A DNA stretch of 62,420 nt, filler included, from Sphacelaria rigidula (GCA_964200075.2; 11 parts of 11 records of this genome joined end to end with filler, not necessarily neighbours in it), one strand, 5' to 3'. Shown: positions 1-12,429, counted from the first letter of the whole stretch. Notes: generated by a model from the sequence alone, not told the origin. Made by a program: numbers and translations.

Positions 1-370
1 GAGTGACGAAAGCTAGCTATGATCGCGTTTGCCTGCCGTACTGCCGCCAGCGTTGCTTGAAAGACACAAGATCTTCGCGGTCGGCGATTGATGGCGCGGG
101 TGTCAAATGCAACGACAAGTGGTCGCTCATAGAGCACCCCTGTTCTTCGTGGGGTCACATCTCGCACCAGTATCTAATGCGTGACCGCCTCACATCGGAA
201 TTGGTTCTTGAAAGCTGGTGTACCGACGTGTTCATGCAGCCAGCGCGTGCTCCAGATTGCAGCATGGACGCACCTCTCTGCACCACGCTAGCAACGGTTA
301 GGTCCCCACCATAGGTATCGTTTTTCGTTCCGCATGTCAAGAAGCTCTCGACAAGTGTTTTATGTCTCAT

Positions 371-429
<59 letters not shown>

Positions 430-1241
430 CCGCTCCCCGCGCGGCCCCGCCCCCGCCGCCCGCGCGCACGCGCCAACCATGACGCNNNNNNNNNNGTTTT
501 TTTTTTCGTCCCCCCCGCCACCCAGCTCCACCCCATGTTTTTCGTTCCCCCCCCCCCCCCCCCCCCCTCCCCCCCCAACTGGCGTCTCGCACGCTTTTGT
601 CGTCGGGCACTCAGAGGGTCGTTCACATACATGTCGGGTAATGGCAACGATGAATAACACCTCCCGAGTTGATATTTGATATATATATATGTGTGTGTAT
701 ATTATGTTGTTTTCGCCTCAGCACCGCCCTTGCTGGCATGTGTGTGACAGAGAACAGTAGTAGCGGTGACGGGAACATTGCCTTGTTTTTCAACGACATG
801 TGGTTTTTAGCACAGAGGCGCGTCCTGTCCAAAAAGAGAGGCAGAGATAAATCAATCTTGGCATTGGTGAGCTCCGCAGGCAAGGAGAGACGAAATCTCT
901 CCGCAGCTCGATGCTCTTGCACATGGAAAATTGAGTACATGCTGGTAACATCGATGATGCCAGTCTCTCGAGCGGTTGGTAATCGCCGAGCGAGGACACA
1001 CAAAAGACACGGGTGAGGAGCGCTCTTTCTGTCGTTGCTTCTGTCTCTGATGATATCGTCATCGACACGCGTGTACACCGCATTCGTTTGGTGCATCTAG
1101 TCACAACTGATTGACTGCTGCGGACATTTGGGGAGAAAGAAGGTTTCGCTCTGTGTAACTGTGTCGCGTCATCCCTGCAGAAACGATCTGTCACTTGAAC
1201 GTCATATTTGAGATCGGCCCCATTTTCCAGGATCCACTGTT
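1..1241 (-). mobile_element. Interspersed repeat family A (>=1 kb, terminus AACAGTGGATCC), copy 1
   Basis: Reverse complement aligns by eye with 4016-5020 and 32984-33959 from the same terminus. Interrupted by poly-C runs and a 10-N gap. Confidence 0.8.
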
Positions 1242-4015
1242 ACCGGGTGCTGAATGCCACACATCATTTCGACGAACTTCATGAGCTGCTTGTTTTAGGC
1301 CGATGATCAAGAGTCTTATAGGGATCTTCCACCCTGCGAAGGCTACCCTTACCCTACCTGAGGAGGCAATCTATTCTGACTTCGGGGTTGTCTCCAGTGC
1401 GATCATGGCTCGCCGCTAGGTTACGCCCAAGCCAGAAAATCGAGCCGGCGCCGATGAACGATCAGGTGTGTTTAACGCACATATCATGTGTAGAACATGA
1501 CTGCATAAGACTGCCACGACTCCGATACCCCGCACCACTTGGTCCTGTCGATCAAAGTACCTTCGCTCCCTGCAGGACTAGCCTTGAAGACCCGCCACTA
1601 TGTCCACGATAAGCGCCACTTTCAATCCTTGGCCACCGGGGCGTCCAGATGCTCGTCCTTGATCGGCGATTGTTTTTGGTTCGAGCTCGCGGCCAGTTCA
1701 GTTGCCAGACCACCCCGGAATACCCGATCCATTTTCCCCCACATGGGTGTCAAGCCCTCACCATACCCTCCGAGCCGCCAACGCCCCCCCCCCGCCCCCG
1801 CTCGCTGTCAGTGATTCTTCCTCCATGGCGGCTGGTCACGGAGGTACAGCTCCGTCCTCCGCTACGAGCGCTTCCTTGTCTCCAGCACCACTGCCGATCA
1901 TTGTTACCTCGAACTATTGTACCTCCGACGAAGCCGTGGCTCCCATCTACACCAGCACGCCCACCGCCACCTACGTAGCCTCCCCTTCCAAACAACGACG
2001 TTTCCCGCCTCCGGCGCCGCGTCCGCCGGTCACGTCGACATTGTTATCGTCAGCGGCGCCGTTGGGGCTACCATCAATCGCAAGAACCATTCTCGCTTTG
2101 AGACTGACCTCGCTGCCTTTCCTTTCACGTTTGCCGCCTCCGGCGCCTCCACAATCCCCAATGCCCAGGCAAGTTTCACTCTTGGCGTATCTACCAGTAT
2201 CCCCACCGCCTCAGTGCCTTCCAATCTACAGCATCGCAAATGCGGAGGTCGGTGCTGCGGTACCCGTTCGGGAGGCAAACCGGTCCTCTCCTGGCTTCAA
2301 CTTTCCTCCAGCCAACTCCGACCTCGCCTGACGGTCATTGACCGCAGCATTCACCAGCATCTAGAATGTTTAGTTGTGTGCGTTCGCCCCACCCCTCTTT
2401 GTCTATCACACATCCTACACCCATTTTCACGAGCGCACGGAACGCACGCTGACGCTGCTCGTGTTGCTGACGGACGTTACCACCGTCACCGCCGTATAAT
2501 CTCATGCGTCGACCGGCACCTCCCTTTTTCCAACAAAGTCCTCGCCTCCGGGGCTACCGTCCCGTAGGCCCCTTGCTCAGTGCATGGTCCGCTAGAATCG
2601 ACCTATTATACTGAAGGAACGGTTTTTAAGAATGGGCAGATTTGGAATTTTGAGCTATGCTTAGTGAAGCCGTCGAATCAAAGATGATCATGTTTTGGAC
2701 CGAATGAGGTCAAGGCTCTTCGCGCGAGAAAGAGGTGTACTGCGTGATGCATGCTCTACGATGGGGGTACGTGAACGGAGTTTCTTCTCTCGCCTTGACA
2801 CGAGACGTGGAACTTCCGAAGTGGTGTCGGATCTGCAACTGCGTCCAACTAGGTGGATAGGGTCAGCACTGGGACATGATCGAGCGAAGCTTGTGAAGTT
2901 TCCGTTCACAAGCTCAACTAAAGAGTCATGGCCGAAGGTACATTCGAGCGCGTGCCAGTTACACCCCGCCAGGGGTCGCTCCACGCGTATTGTTGAGCGC
3001 GGGATTCGAGCTTTGACACACTAGGTAGGTGTTCCGTGATCCAAACGTCCTGACGTTCGATCCAGCAATACTTGAGTCACATGAAAGAGGTGCACTACCG
3101 CCTACGCGGGCTGTCGCTGGAGTAAGCATTTGCCTCAGTGACACGCAGGTGTTGTTCCCACACCTTAGATTATACTCGGGTCTGATAGACCAAGCCCAGA
3201 TCCGAAGCTAGATCTATGTTGCGGGACGACGCAATTGTTACCCGGAAGATGGAGGATCGGTGACGAGAGTCGGTGCGATCGACCGTTCGTAGCGCGCTTC
3301 TTCATATTACCGGGAGAACCGGACGAGTGATATCAGTCGTTCATTCCACGGGCTGGATAAAAAACATCTTCACTCATCCGGTCCGCGGCGTGGAAGACAT
3401 ATGGACCCCGATGTCGGCACGTCATGGGTCAGTTGAATTAGTGTAAAAAAAGAAATTCTGGTGGTGGCATTCTTGTATCGTGATTTGGCCCCGTTCGCTG
3501 GTGTCGACCAGCGGCGTTCTGGTAGTTGCGAGAGAGCTCTTTCTCTGGCGAGAACCAGCGTTATTGTAATCGTGGTGGCTGTTGTGTCGGCGATAGTGAC
3601 AAGTGTCACGGTTGCTGCGATTTCAAAAATAATATTCCGAGTTATCATGGGGTGTACAATCTCCTCGCATTTGTTTTGCCCTCTATGCCACGCTCGTTCA
3701 TTGCCCTGCAGTTCAGGGTTCATGCAACCGAACGTATTATACAAGCGGCTGATCGAACATGTTTACACTCAGTCGTGAGGATGATTATGACATGTAGGAT
3801 ACTGCGTGCATGTTGGATTGCGTAACATGATACAAGGATTATGTGGGCGGAATAATCAGAGTGTAGGGGTGTTGGAGTATTCCGTACAGGAGGCGTTTCA
3901 TCGGATTGTGTAGTATGACGCTTTCCTGTTGCTATTCCGTGGTGTGGCAGGCATCTCCCACCCTACGGAATTCAGTCCTTCACTAGTTCCTCACTCGTTC
4001 TGCTGTACTTTAGTG

Positions 4016-5020
4016 AACAGTGGATCCTGGAAAATGGGGTCCATCTTCAAAATGAGGTTCAAGTGGCATTTTGTTTTTGCAGGGATGACGCGAAACACTT
4101 ACGACCGAGCGAAGCCATCTTCCCCCCCAAATATCCGCAGCAATCAAGCAGCTGTGGCTAGATGCACCTAACGAATGCGGTGTACACGCGTGTCGATGAC
4201 GATATCACTAGAGAGAGAAGCAACAACAGAGAGGAAGCTCCTCGTCCGTGTCATTTGTGTGTCCTCGCTCGGCGATTCCCAAACTCTCGAAAGACGAGTA
4301 TCATCGATGTTACCAGCATGTGCCCAATTTTCCATGTGCCGAAACATCGAGCTGCGGAGAGACTTACTGTCGTCTCACAATATTGCCTGTCGATCTCACC
4401 GATGTGAAGAAGGGTTTCTTTCTGCCTCTCCGTTTGGGTAGGACGCGCCTCTGTACGCTGAAAAATATGTCGTCGAAAAACAGGGCAGTGTTCCCGTCAC
4501 CGCTACTACTGTTCTCCGTCACACACATGCCAGCAAGGGCAGTGGTGCGGGCATAAAAAATAGATTCAATTTGAACTTGGGGGGTGTTATTCATCATTGG
4601 TTTTACCCACATCTGACCCTCTGGGTGCCCGACGAGAACAACGTGCCAGACGCCAGTTGAGGGGTGTGTGTGAAAGGTCAAACACTTGTAGAGACCTTTT
4701 TGACATGCGGAGGGAACAAATATGCGTATGGTGGTGACCTAACTGTTGCTAGTGTGGCGCAAAGGAGTCCGTCCATGCTGCAATCTGGAGCACACGCTGG
4801 TCGCGTGAACACCTCGGCACAGTACGAGTAGTTTTCCAGAATCATTCCGATGTGAGGAGGTCATGCATTACAAGCTGGGACGAGAGTGCTCTACGACCAA
4901 CCACTTGTCGTTGCACTCGAGACCCACGCCATCCACCGCCGACAGCAAAGGTCTTGTGACTTTCACGCAAAGCTGTCGGTAGTACGACAGGCAAACCCGA
5001 TCATAGCTAGCTTTCGGTGC
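4016..5020 (+). mobile_element. Interspersed repeat family A, copy 2
   Basis: Starts aacagtggatcctggaaaatgggg. Homologous to copies 1 and 3, and cut by a MITE at 5021. Confidence 0.8.
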
Positions 5021-5022
5021 TA

Positions 5023-5513
5023 CCGTACTTACTTCCGACCGAAGTTCGCAACGGGTATGATAGCTAAACAGTTGAGTTTTGTCAACTTTTTCCACCCAAT
5101 TCAAACGACTCTCGAGATCTGAGGGAGGACGGCGTTTCCGTCCCCCCGCCAGATATTAATGAAGGACGTGAGAGGTTTTACAACCGCATACGACACTAAT
5201 GGGGACACGAAGAGTTTCTTCTGCCAGAAAATATGTGTTTTCCAACCTGCAAAGCGTTTCATGCGAATTGGTTTGTAATACGAACGGTAACTTGTCGATT
5301 CCTGTTCTGTTCCATTTTCCATGGACTAGCTGATGCCAATCCCAGAAACGTTTGGTATTGCTGTTCGACGGTATATTCGCGGGTTTAGCCGGACCCGAGG
5401 CGGCCACCTTCCCCCAGGTCTTGAGAGTCGTTTGAATTGGGTGGATGAAGTTGACAAAAACCAACTGTCTAGCTATCATACCCGTTGCGAACTTCGATCG
5501 GAAGTAAGTACGG
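5023..5513. mobile_element. MITE, Tc1/mariner-pogo type (TA TSD)
   Basis: TIRs of ~110 bp (CCGTACTTACTTCCGA... / ...TCGGAAGTAAGTACGG) flanked by TA at 5021-5022 and 5514-5515. Confidence 0.85.
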
Positions 5514-5517
5514 TAGC

Positions 5518-5584
5518 TGTAATGCGTGAGAGGACCGCGTGCTTAGAGGACCGCTCCGTAGTTCAAAACACCTCAGGATCGACG
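5518..5584. mobile_element. Terminus of Ginger-like MITE, truncated by contig end
   Basis: TGTAATGCGTGAGAGGACCGCGTGCTT matches the TIR of the element at 37894-38110. Confidence 0.75.
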
Positions 5585-5684
5585 NNNNNNNNNNNNNNNN
5601 NNNNNNNNNNNNNNNNNNNNNNNNNNNNTTAATTAATTAANNNNNNNNNNNNNNNNNNNNNNNNNNNNNNNNNNNNNNNNNNNN
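5585..5684. other. Artificial contig-joining linker (N44-TTAATTAATTAA-N44), first of ten
   Basis: Identical 100-nt linkers at 5585, 11269, 16953, 22637, 28321, 34005, 39689, 45372, 51055 and 56738. The core has stops in all six frames and the contigs are size-sorted (5584 then 5583 bp). Confidence 0.98.
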
Positions 5685-5753
5685 GAAAGGGATGCGTGGT
5701 CAATGGTCAAATGACTAAGGCAAGCAACAAATGAGTACGCCCCCCCCCTCCCC
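5685..5753 (+). repeat. Short interspersed family C, partial, ending in GAGTACG-poly(C)
   Basis: gaaagggatgcgtggtcaatggtcaaatgactaaggcaagcaacaaatgagtacgccccc, also at 11471-11684(-), 12158-12280(-) and 26752-26987(+). Confidence 0.8.
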
Positions 5754-7248
5754 CAGCGACCTCTCAGACGGCTTCAATGACGCAGAAAACCCTATCAAAC
5801 TCTGAATCCTTATTTCTCCAGTTCTACTACACAGGTAAACAACGCCTACCACACAACGAAGGGATCGTCCGTGTGTGATAACAGCTTAAAACCGAGCTGT
5901 TTCCGTGTATGACCCGTGTTTGGGAGGGGGGGGGGGGGTACGGGCTTCGATACAGCTCTTCATAAGTGCAAGGTAAAATACTTGCGATACTTGCCTCTGG
6001 AACACGACCTGACCAAAATCTCCACCCTCGGAACGTGTTGACTTGATTGATATATCGAGTGCCACACATTCGCTAATCCCCTACCGTCGGAATCCATCCA
6101 GCCATGGTCAAAAGAAAGACGTATCGAAGGAAAGAAAATGGAAATATTCGCAAAAGGGAGCTCAAGGAAGAGGGAAAACGAAAACAGGGAGAGAACACAC
6201 TCATACCTCTGATCACTCTACTTCGCTGTGAGGCTAAATCACTCGATATCAGCTTGTGACCACGGCTAGATTCTCACGGGATCCATGAACGTGTGATAGT
6301 CGATCAATAAATCAATCAGCCCGGAGTCAAAGGCGTCATTTCAGCGCGATGGACAACCACCATAATTAGTTTATTTGTACTGTATCCAAAAACGCTTTGG
6401 TGTAGAATGGTTAACTTGACTATCCTTAAAAACATAATTCTAGTCTATTAATAGTCAACTAACGACATGATTTCTATTTGCCCCCCCTCCCGCCACTGCC
6501 CCGGTCGCTCCCAGAAATAGACATTGGCGGCAAGAGAGAGGTGATGGCTGTAAGAATCTATTCATGGGCAAGTCGGGTAGGGTATACCCGATTCTATTGT
6601 GGTATTTTGAGAGTCGAGATCCGACCCATGCCCACGACAGCAGCGAGTCCAGTGCTGTTGTTCCCCTCTCTAAAATCTCTTTGATAAAGGATAATGCTCC
6701 CGTCTTTCAGTGCCCCACCAATTCCACACGAACCGGCAGTGGAGCATTCCATCGAGACTCACATCGCGCGTGCTTCGGCTGTTTTGAATATACCTTTCGG
6801 CACGTACATGCTGCCTACCATTGTTCCCATGCGTCGTACCGTACCGCACTGTCTATATAGTATACTGTACTATGACTCGTACTTGCATGTTGTTCCCGGC
6901 TGTACTACTACACATAGGAGTCCGTCTGTTATGTGTAGGTCAGTCTTGACGATAGGCCAGCCGGTGCAGTGGAAGATGGACACATTTTGCATGTTTCGAT
7001 TTTCACCACATGGCCACTCAAATCGCTTCTGCTGGCTTATGATAGCACATACCATCATTGGGAAAACAAAGGCTTGGCCATTGCTGAGTGAATCAGCCGG
7101 CAGGAGTGCCTCGGTGCTCGCGCGGGTGGCGGCTACGCGCAAGGTGAAGTTTGATGCCGAAAGATTCACACTGGAGTGTTGGAATGATCTTTAGCATGCA
7201 CACGTAACACACAACATGAATGCATTTTGTGGATGTGGGTGTACTCAC

Positions 7249-7329
7249 GAATGCGCTCCCGCTCTGTCTGTTTGAGATAACACCTTCCAGTGCAAACGCA
7301 AGAAGCAGTAGCTGTTGCGCCGTACGCAT
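7249..7329 (-). CDS. Candidate first exon of a divergent gene encoding a secreted or plastid-targeted protein
   Basis: Start context aacgccATG. MRTAQQLLLLAFALEGVISNRQSGSAF has a hydrophobic core plus SAF and is followed by a perfect GTGAGT donor. No in-frame second exon found. Confidence 0.3.
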
Positions 7330-7548
7330 GGCGTTGGAGATGGTCCCGGCTTGGAGTCGACAGGCGATACAGACGGATAATGCTTGGGGGTAGGCTGTGT
7401 TACCGCATATAAAGTAGTCATGATTTATTACATGATAAGTTTGCTGAAGTTTCCGTTGGTGGCAAAAAGCCGTGAGTTTTGAAGATTGTTCTTGCTTCGA
7501 AAATATCGACGAAAGCTTCAACGAGCGTGTGGTTTTGCTATTGTCGTC

Positions 7549-7992
7549 ATGTACCTGCTTCGTCCGAGCATGTTCATGGCCACAACCATGCCCACGACGC
7601 TTGGTGTTGTGCTAGCGAGACAAGTAGCCGCATTCTCAAACGCGATGCAGCCTGCCAGGAAAAACGGCGTCTACAGGCTCCGAAATGTCGCGTTTGCGAC
7701 ATCAACGTTACGCCAAGGTCTACAGCGGCGGACACGCAGTGGTTGCACTATGGCAGCAGGGCGAGACCCACCGGTGTTTGACTTCGAGACCGTGTATGAC
7801 CGCAGCAGCACCGGCGCATTGAAATGGGATAAATACGGGGGCAAGGATGTAATACCAATGTGGGTAGCTGACATGGAATTGCGGACGGCCCCGGTCATTT
7901 TAAACGCGTTGCGCGCAAGGATCGAACACGGCATCTTCGGATACACGAATCCGACGCCTGGGGTACAAGAGGCTGTCATGCGGTACTATAAG
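7549..7992 (+). CDS. Exon 1 of a MalY/PatB-family PLP-dependent C-S lyase (cystathionine beta-lyase-like), probably plastid-targeted
   Basis: FDFETVYDRSSTGALKWD, VIPMWVADM and RIEHGIFGY are hallmark MalY/PatB N-terminal motifs. The N-terminal extension has VAA-F and an S/T/R-rich transit-like region. Similarity ends at YYK, at a probable AAG|GCGAG donor. Confidence 0.85.
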
Positions 7993-8516
7993 GCGAGCGC
8001 GATAGATAACTATATGCACAGCTATTCTTTAGCAGCGATCAATGCCATTCCGCCTATCAGTGAAACGCCTCATGAGGTGTCACGTTTGTTACCACCCCTT
8101 CGAAAGCTTGACGCGGAGTCAATGGACTCGACGAAACGTGTGAATGCGGAGATGCCGCGTCAACGGTATAGATAGCCTTTGAAGCTACGTGATGAGGCCC
8201 GGTCTTATCAAGACGGAAGTGACAATGAGATGATGCTGATGAGGAAGAGACTGGCGGCGTAACTTTTTTGTCCTCCTGTTTGGTGGAGAGCTGTTGTTTC
8301 ATGATTATCGCCCTCAGGCCGTGTCCTATCAAGTTGTTTTCGTGTCGAAAACTTGCGGTGGAATCGAATTCGCTGGCACCTGATACGTCCAGAGCATTTA
8401 TGCCCTCAACCATTGACGTGGGCGTCTGAAAAACGAACAAGTTCAATTCCACCGCACGTTTTCGACACGTGAACAATTTGATGAGACACGACCTCAGAAT
8501 TAATCTCATCAAAACT

Positions 8517-9285
8517 GGTGAGCTTATCCCCCAACCTCTGCTGGCAAAGCCGGAGCTCGCGGCATTGAGAGTGGGGGAGATAAGGGCGACCTTGGTCGGC
8601 TTTTGCGTGAAGATGTAGTCAAGAAAATGCCTCGTGGTTCAGTCCCGCCCCCGCAAATACGTTGGGATGCTGCAATTAAGTATATTGGTCAACAAAGAAC
8701 CCGGGATTGGTATTAGCGCCCACAAGGACTACCAGCCATCTACGCCTGCACCATTGCCATCCTACAAAAACTGGCGGGACTGTCAAAAGCCAGACTCTCG
8801 GAACAGAAGGTCGAGGGCGCCAACACGAGTAGCCCATCGTATCGAAAAAATGAGAGTGAGATGGTGAGAATAAGGATGAAAGCGATGGCTCGAAACCTCG
8901 TCACCACAACAAATCACGCGCCGTTTTTTTTTACGGCAAAAAAATGAAGATGAAAACGTGGCAACTGAAAACATTCGAAGACATCAGTGCGTCATACGCA
9001 AATAGTGCAGCTGCCGTTAGTGATAAAGCCGGTGCCGCCTTTCGAGCAACCACATATCGTTCCCTTTCGTATCTGGAAAGCCGTTGTCGTTCACTCTCGC
9101 ATCATCATCGGATTGTTTGCCCGATTGAACATTATACTCGCGTATTTGCGGGGGCGGGACTGTACCACGAGGCATTTTCTTGACTACATCTTCACGCAAA
9201 AGCCGACCAAGGTCGCCCTTATCTCCCCAACTCTCAATGCCGCGAGCTCCGGCTTTGCCAGCAGAGGTTGGGGGATAAGCTCACC
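8517..9285. mobile_element. Non-autonomous TIR element with 145-bp near-perfect inverted repeats
   Basis: 8517-8661 versus 9141-9285, about 2 mismatches seen by eye. GGTGAGC termini; flanks act/gct. Confidence 0.88.
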
Positions 9286-10553
9286 GCTGCTGCTCCATAC
9301 GCGTCGCCTGTGTGTAAGCCAACTTGCCCTCGCATTGCCCCCTTGGCTGTGGGGGTTACGACAAAATCTGCAAACTTCAGACACTAAATTCATACACCAT
9401 CCGACCACACCCGCACGCGCCGCTTTTAGGGCGCACACCCCTACCAAATTCGCCGTGGTGTTGAGCTGTTCAGCAACAGGTACCTGGTGTGAGTGTTGAC
9501 CAATGTAAGTACTGCTGTTGATGTGATCACGACCACGGCACTGCGCTGCTCGTAAGTTACTGTCGTGAGATGGCAATTCGTGTGGCCGTGGCTTGTACAC
9601 GGATATCACTGACGCGCGGCGGGTGTCAAGCAACGGCCGTTTCTGTGCAGGCGCTTATTCCTCTCCACCAGAAACTACTATTCCGAGCACCAGGCGAAAA
9701 AAAAGGAATGAAGCGGCCAAATGGCACATGAACGCCAGAAAGGCTAATGTCTCACTGCCAGGGATTGGCACCGCGGGTTCTGTAGTAGTGAGGCATTATG
9801 TGAAAGAAAAAGTAGATACTACACGCCGGCGGGTACTTCGACCCGTGGTGCCCGGTGCGCAGGGTTTTAGGTACAGTACGCCACGGTTCTTCGGGCTCTT
9901 TCGATCAAAAGACAGTCTCAACAGACAAGACATAATATCTGTCACGTACTGGGGACACATTGTCCACCCCAGGGGTTTACATTCAACCCGATGTATTTCA
10001 ATAAATTCGCTCGCAACCCCTCTTCGGCATGAGCACTAATGAGAGTGGAGTGAAGGATATGGGTACGCTTGTCATGCAAGACGATGGGGGGCGACGCGGG
10101 TCGAGGAGGGCAGACAACGCGAAAGCAGGCAATGCGGATGTGTTGATGGAGACGTATTTATGGAATATATAGTTCAAATTGTAACAAAAAACAGAAGAAA
10201 AAACAAGGCAAAGTGGTCATTTAGTACACGCATCGCACCATAAACCATACTACTAGAACTTTACAAACCCAGAAACAACAAGGTATTGCAATCACAGCCA
10301 TGAGCACAATCAAGGAAAAACACGGCGAACCACGCGGCAGCGTGTAATAGCAAAACCAAGGCAATCAACACCCAGCGTGACAGAGCATCATCGTTACATC
10401 GGCCATTGCCAATACCACAACCAAGAGAAAAGGAACCCAGTGGCGTGCCAAAGCATCGCCGTTACAGTGGCCAGTGCCGCTAGCACAACCAAGCGGTGAA
10501 ACAGCAACACAGCACGGCAGAACACCGTTGCTGTAACGCACCAATTTCCGCCG

Positions 10554-10625
10554 CGCTCCGGTGGTATAGCTGGTACAGCTGAAACCGGTTGGCTCGGAAT
10601 ATAGCGGGTTCAAATCCCACCAAAT
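10554..10625 (+). repeat. Degenerate tRNA-derived head (SINE head or pseudo-tRNA)
   Basis: A box TGGTATAGCTGG and B box GGTTCAAATCC followed by a T-run. The acceptor stem does not pair. Confidence 0.5.
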
Positions 10626-11009
10626 GCATTTTTTATTTTTCTGAGAAGTATCTGATTTTCGTCCTTGAGAACATGAGGACCACAGCAGCAAGGGAAGTGC
10701 GTGAAAAAGAAGAAAAAATGAACGGTTCTACACTGCTGATGTTTGGTCGAAAGTTTTTTCGACAAATACCACCGCGCCGCGATGATCTAACTGGCAAAGG
10801 CAAAACTAATGGCCAGCTAAGGCGGATAGTTGCGGGTTCAAATACTGACACACACTGTCCTTGTGAGTAGAATCTGAGTTTCGTCGCTGGAATCGATCAG
10901 ACGCGAGTAGCAAAAAAAAATGAAGAGAGTCAACGGATGCCTTCGTGTTGATAGTCATGATCCAATGCTCGACAAGAAAAGATGTCAGGCGCAGGTACTG
11001 GCGGTGTAC

Positions 11010-11200
11010 TCATTATCTCGCATGCCAGAGTCGTGTGAGCATTGACCTCGTATCCCTGCGAAGCCGGAACGGAGCACCCAGGCAATTCGCCGGACCAAGC
11101 TCGCAATCAATCACCACGCGCGAAACGCCGTGATGTGTTCGACGAGTCTCATGAAGGGTGAGCTGCATCCTGTTGAGATTCTATCGCCCGAAGCGTACAG
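11010..11200 (-). repeat. Short interspersed family D, copy 1
   Basis: Homologous to 25195-25398 (opposite strand) and 28140-28320. Shares its terminal ~65 bp with family C. Confidence 0.8.
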
Positions 11201-11436
11201 TAGTCAGCGTCAGAAGTATGCAGAATTCGTAATTTCTTAGTTTCTCAAAGATTGTCCAAATTTGTTTTNNNNNNNNNNNNNNNNNNNNNNNNNNNNNNNN
11301 NNNNNNNNNNNNTTAATTAATTAANNNNNNNNNNNNNNNNNNNNNNNNNNNNNNNNNNNNNNNNNNNNGTGTGTGGGTGTGGTGGTGGGTGCGGGTCGGG
11401 GAGGGGGGAGAGGAGGGGGGGTTGGTGGATGTTTGT

Positions 11437-11470
<34 letters not shown>

Positions 11471-11471
<1 letters not shown>

Positions 11472-11684
11472 ACACATTTGCTGCTTGTCTTAGTCATTTA
11501 ATCATTGACCGTGCATCCCTTTCGAGACGGAGCACCAGTCCTAGTAATATATATATATATATGGGGGGGCGTACTCTCTGTGGCTTGTCTTGGTCGTCTC
11601 ACCATTGACCACGCATCCCTTTCGAGACGGAGAGCCGTTCCTGCTTCTAATAGAGACACCTCCAACATTTGGGCGCTCGTTACG
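11471..11684 (-). repeat. Family C, two tandem copies next to poly-G
   Basis: ggggggcgtactc...ccattgaccacgcatccctttcgagacggag...ctccaacatttgggcgctcgttac. Confidence 0.8.
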
Positions 11685-12157
11685 TCTCTTCCATATATTA
11701 CACAAACCCTTTTACCTATCTCACCCCTTTCTTGTTTCGCTGTCTGTGGTCACCATCTATCTCCTAGTATAGCCATCGTTTTGTCGCTACTGCCTAATGC
11801 ATCAAACGATTTCATGCCACCCTCGTCTACGTCCCACATATCTCTCTCAAGATATCGAGATGGGGGGGATATTATTTCATTACCATATCAATCGAGATAA
11901 AACCATGTAGACATGACTCGCCTCAACCTCCAGATCGCAGCCGCGATGTACCCCCATGCACAGGGGATCCCCAACACAAGAAATCATACACTTTTTGTAC
12001 ATCGGACAGAGTGGTGCATGATGCCAGCTAGGAACAAGTAGCCCGAACATGACATTTCAACGCGTTACACGTACGTGTTGCGATACATGTTCAGGAGCAA
12101 ACAAGTATCGATTTCTGGATGAAGGATAGAAAACAAAATATACTTGAAAAGGGTCAG

Positions 12158-12280
12158 GGGGGAGGGGAGGCGTAGTCATTTGTTGCTTGCCTAAGTCGTT
12201 TGACCATTGACCACGCATCGCTTCCGAGACGGAGCACCGTTCCTACTCCTAATAGAGACATCTCCAACATTTGGGCGTTC
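12158..12280 (-). repeat. Family C copy
   Basis: G-rich run followed by cgtagtcatttgttgcttgcctaagtcgtttgaccattgaccacgcatc...ctccaacatttgggcg. Confidence 0.8.
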
Positions 12281-12429
12281 TTCCATACACTACACAAAAA
12301 AGGGGGCACGACCAAATCTTCATATCAACGATGTCGGGTACCTTGCTGCTGTTCAGAAGTGTTTTGTACATCAAGGATCGAGTTTTCTTTTGTTCCTCTT
12401 GAAAATCTCTCTACCCACGTGCTGCCGAC

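Noticed and set aside
334..679. Poly-Pro/poly-Gly ORFs
   Set aside because: Translations of poly-C runs around an N gap inside family A. Possibly low-quality or homopolymer sequencing artefact.
623..1194. ORFs with similar peptides in three places (also 4162-4556 and 33045-33517)
   Set aside because: Similarity reflects DNA homology of family A. Frames break differently in each copy and no domain is recognisable.
1400..3900. Possible retrotransposon gag/LTR remnants and Pro-rich ORF 1702-2331
   Set aside because: No diagnostic motif recognised, so no call can be supported.
5629..5640. Regularly spaced TTAATTAATTAA palindrome as a biological repeat
   Set aside because: Artificial six-frame stop linker embedded in Ns.
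10554..10625. Functional tRNA gene
   Set aside because: A and B boxes are present but the acceptor and anticodon stems do not pair. The same applies to similar heads near 10790, 24270, 24670 and 57660.
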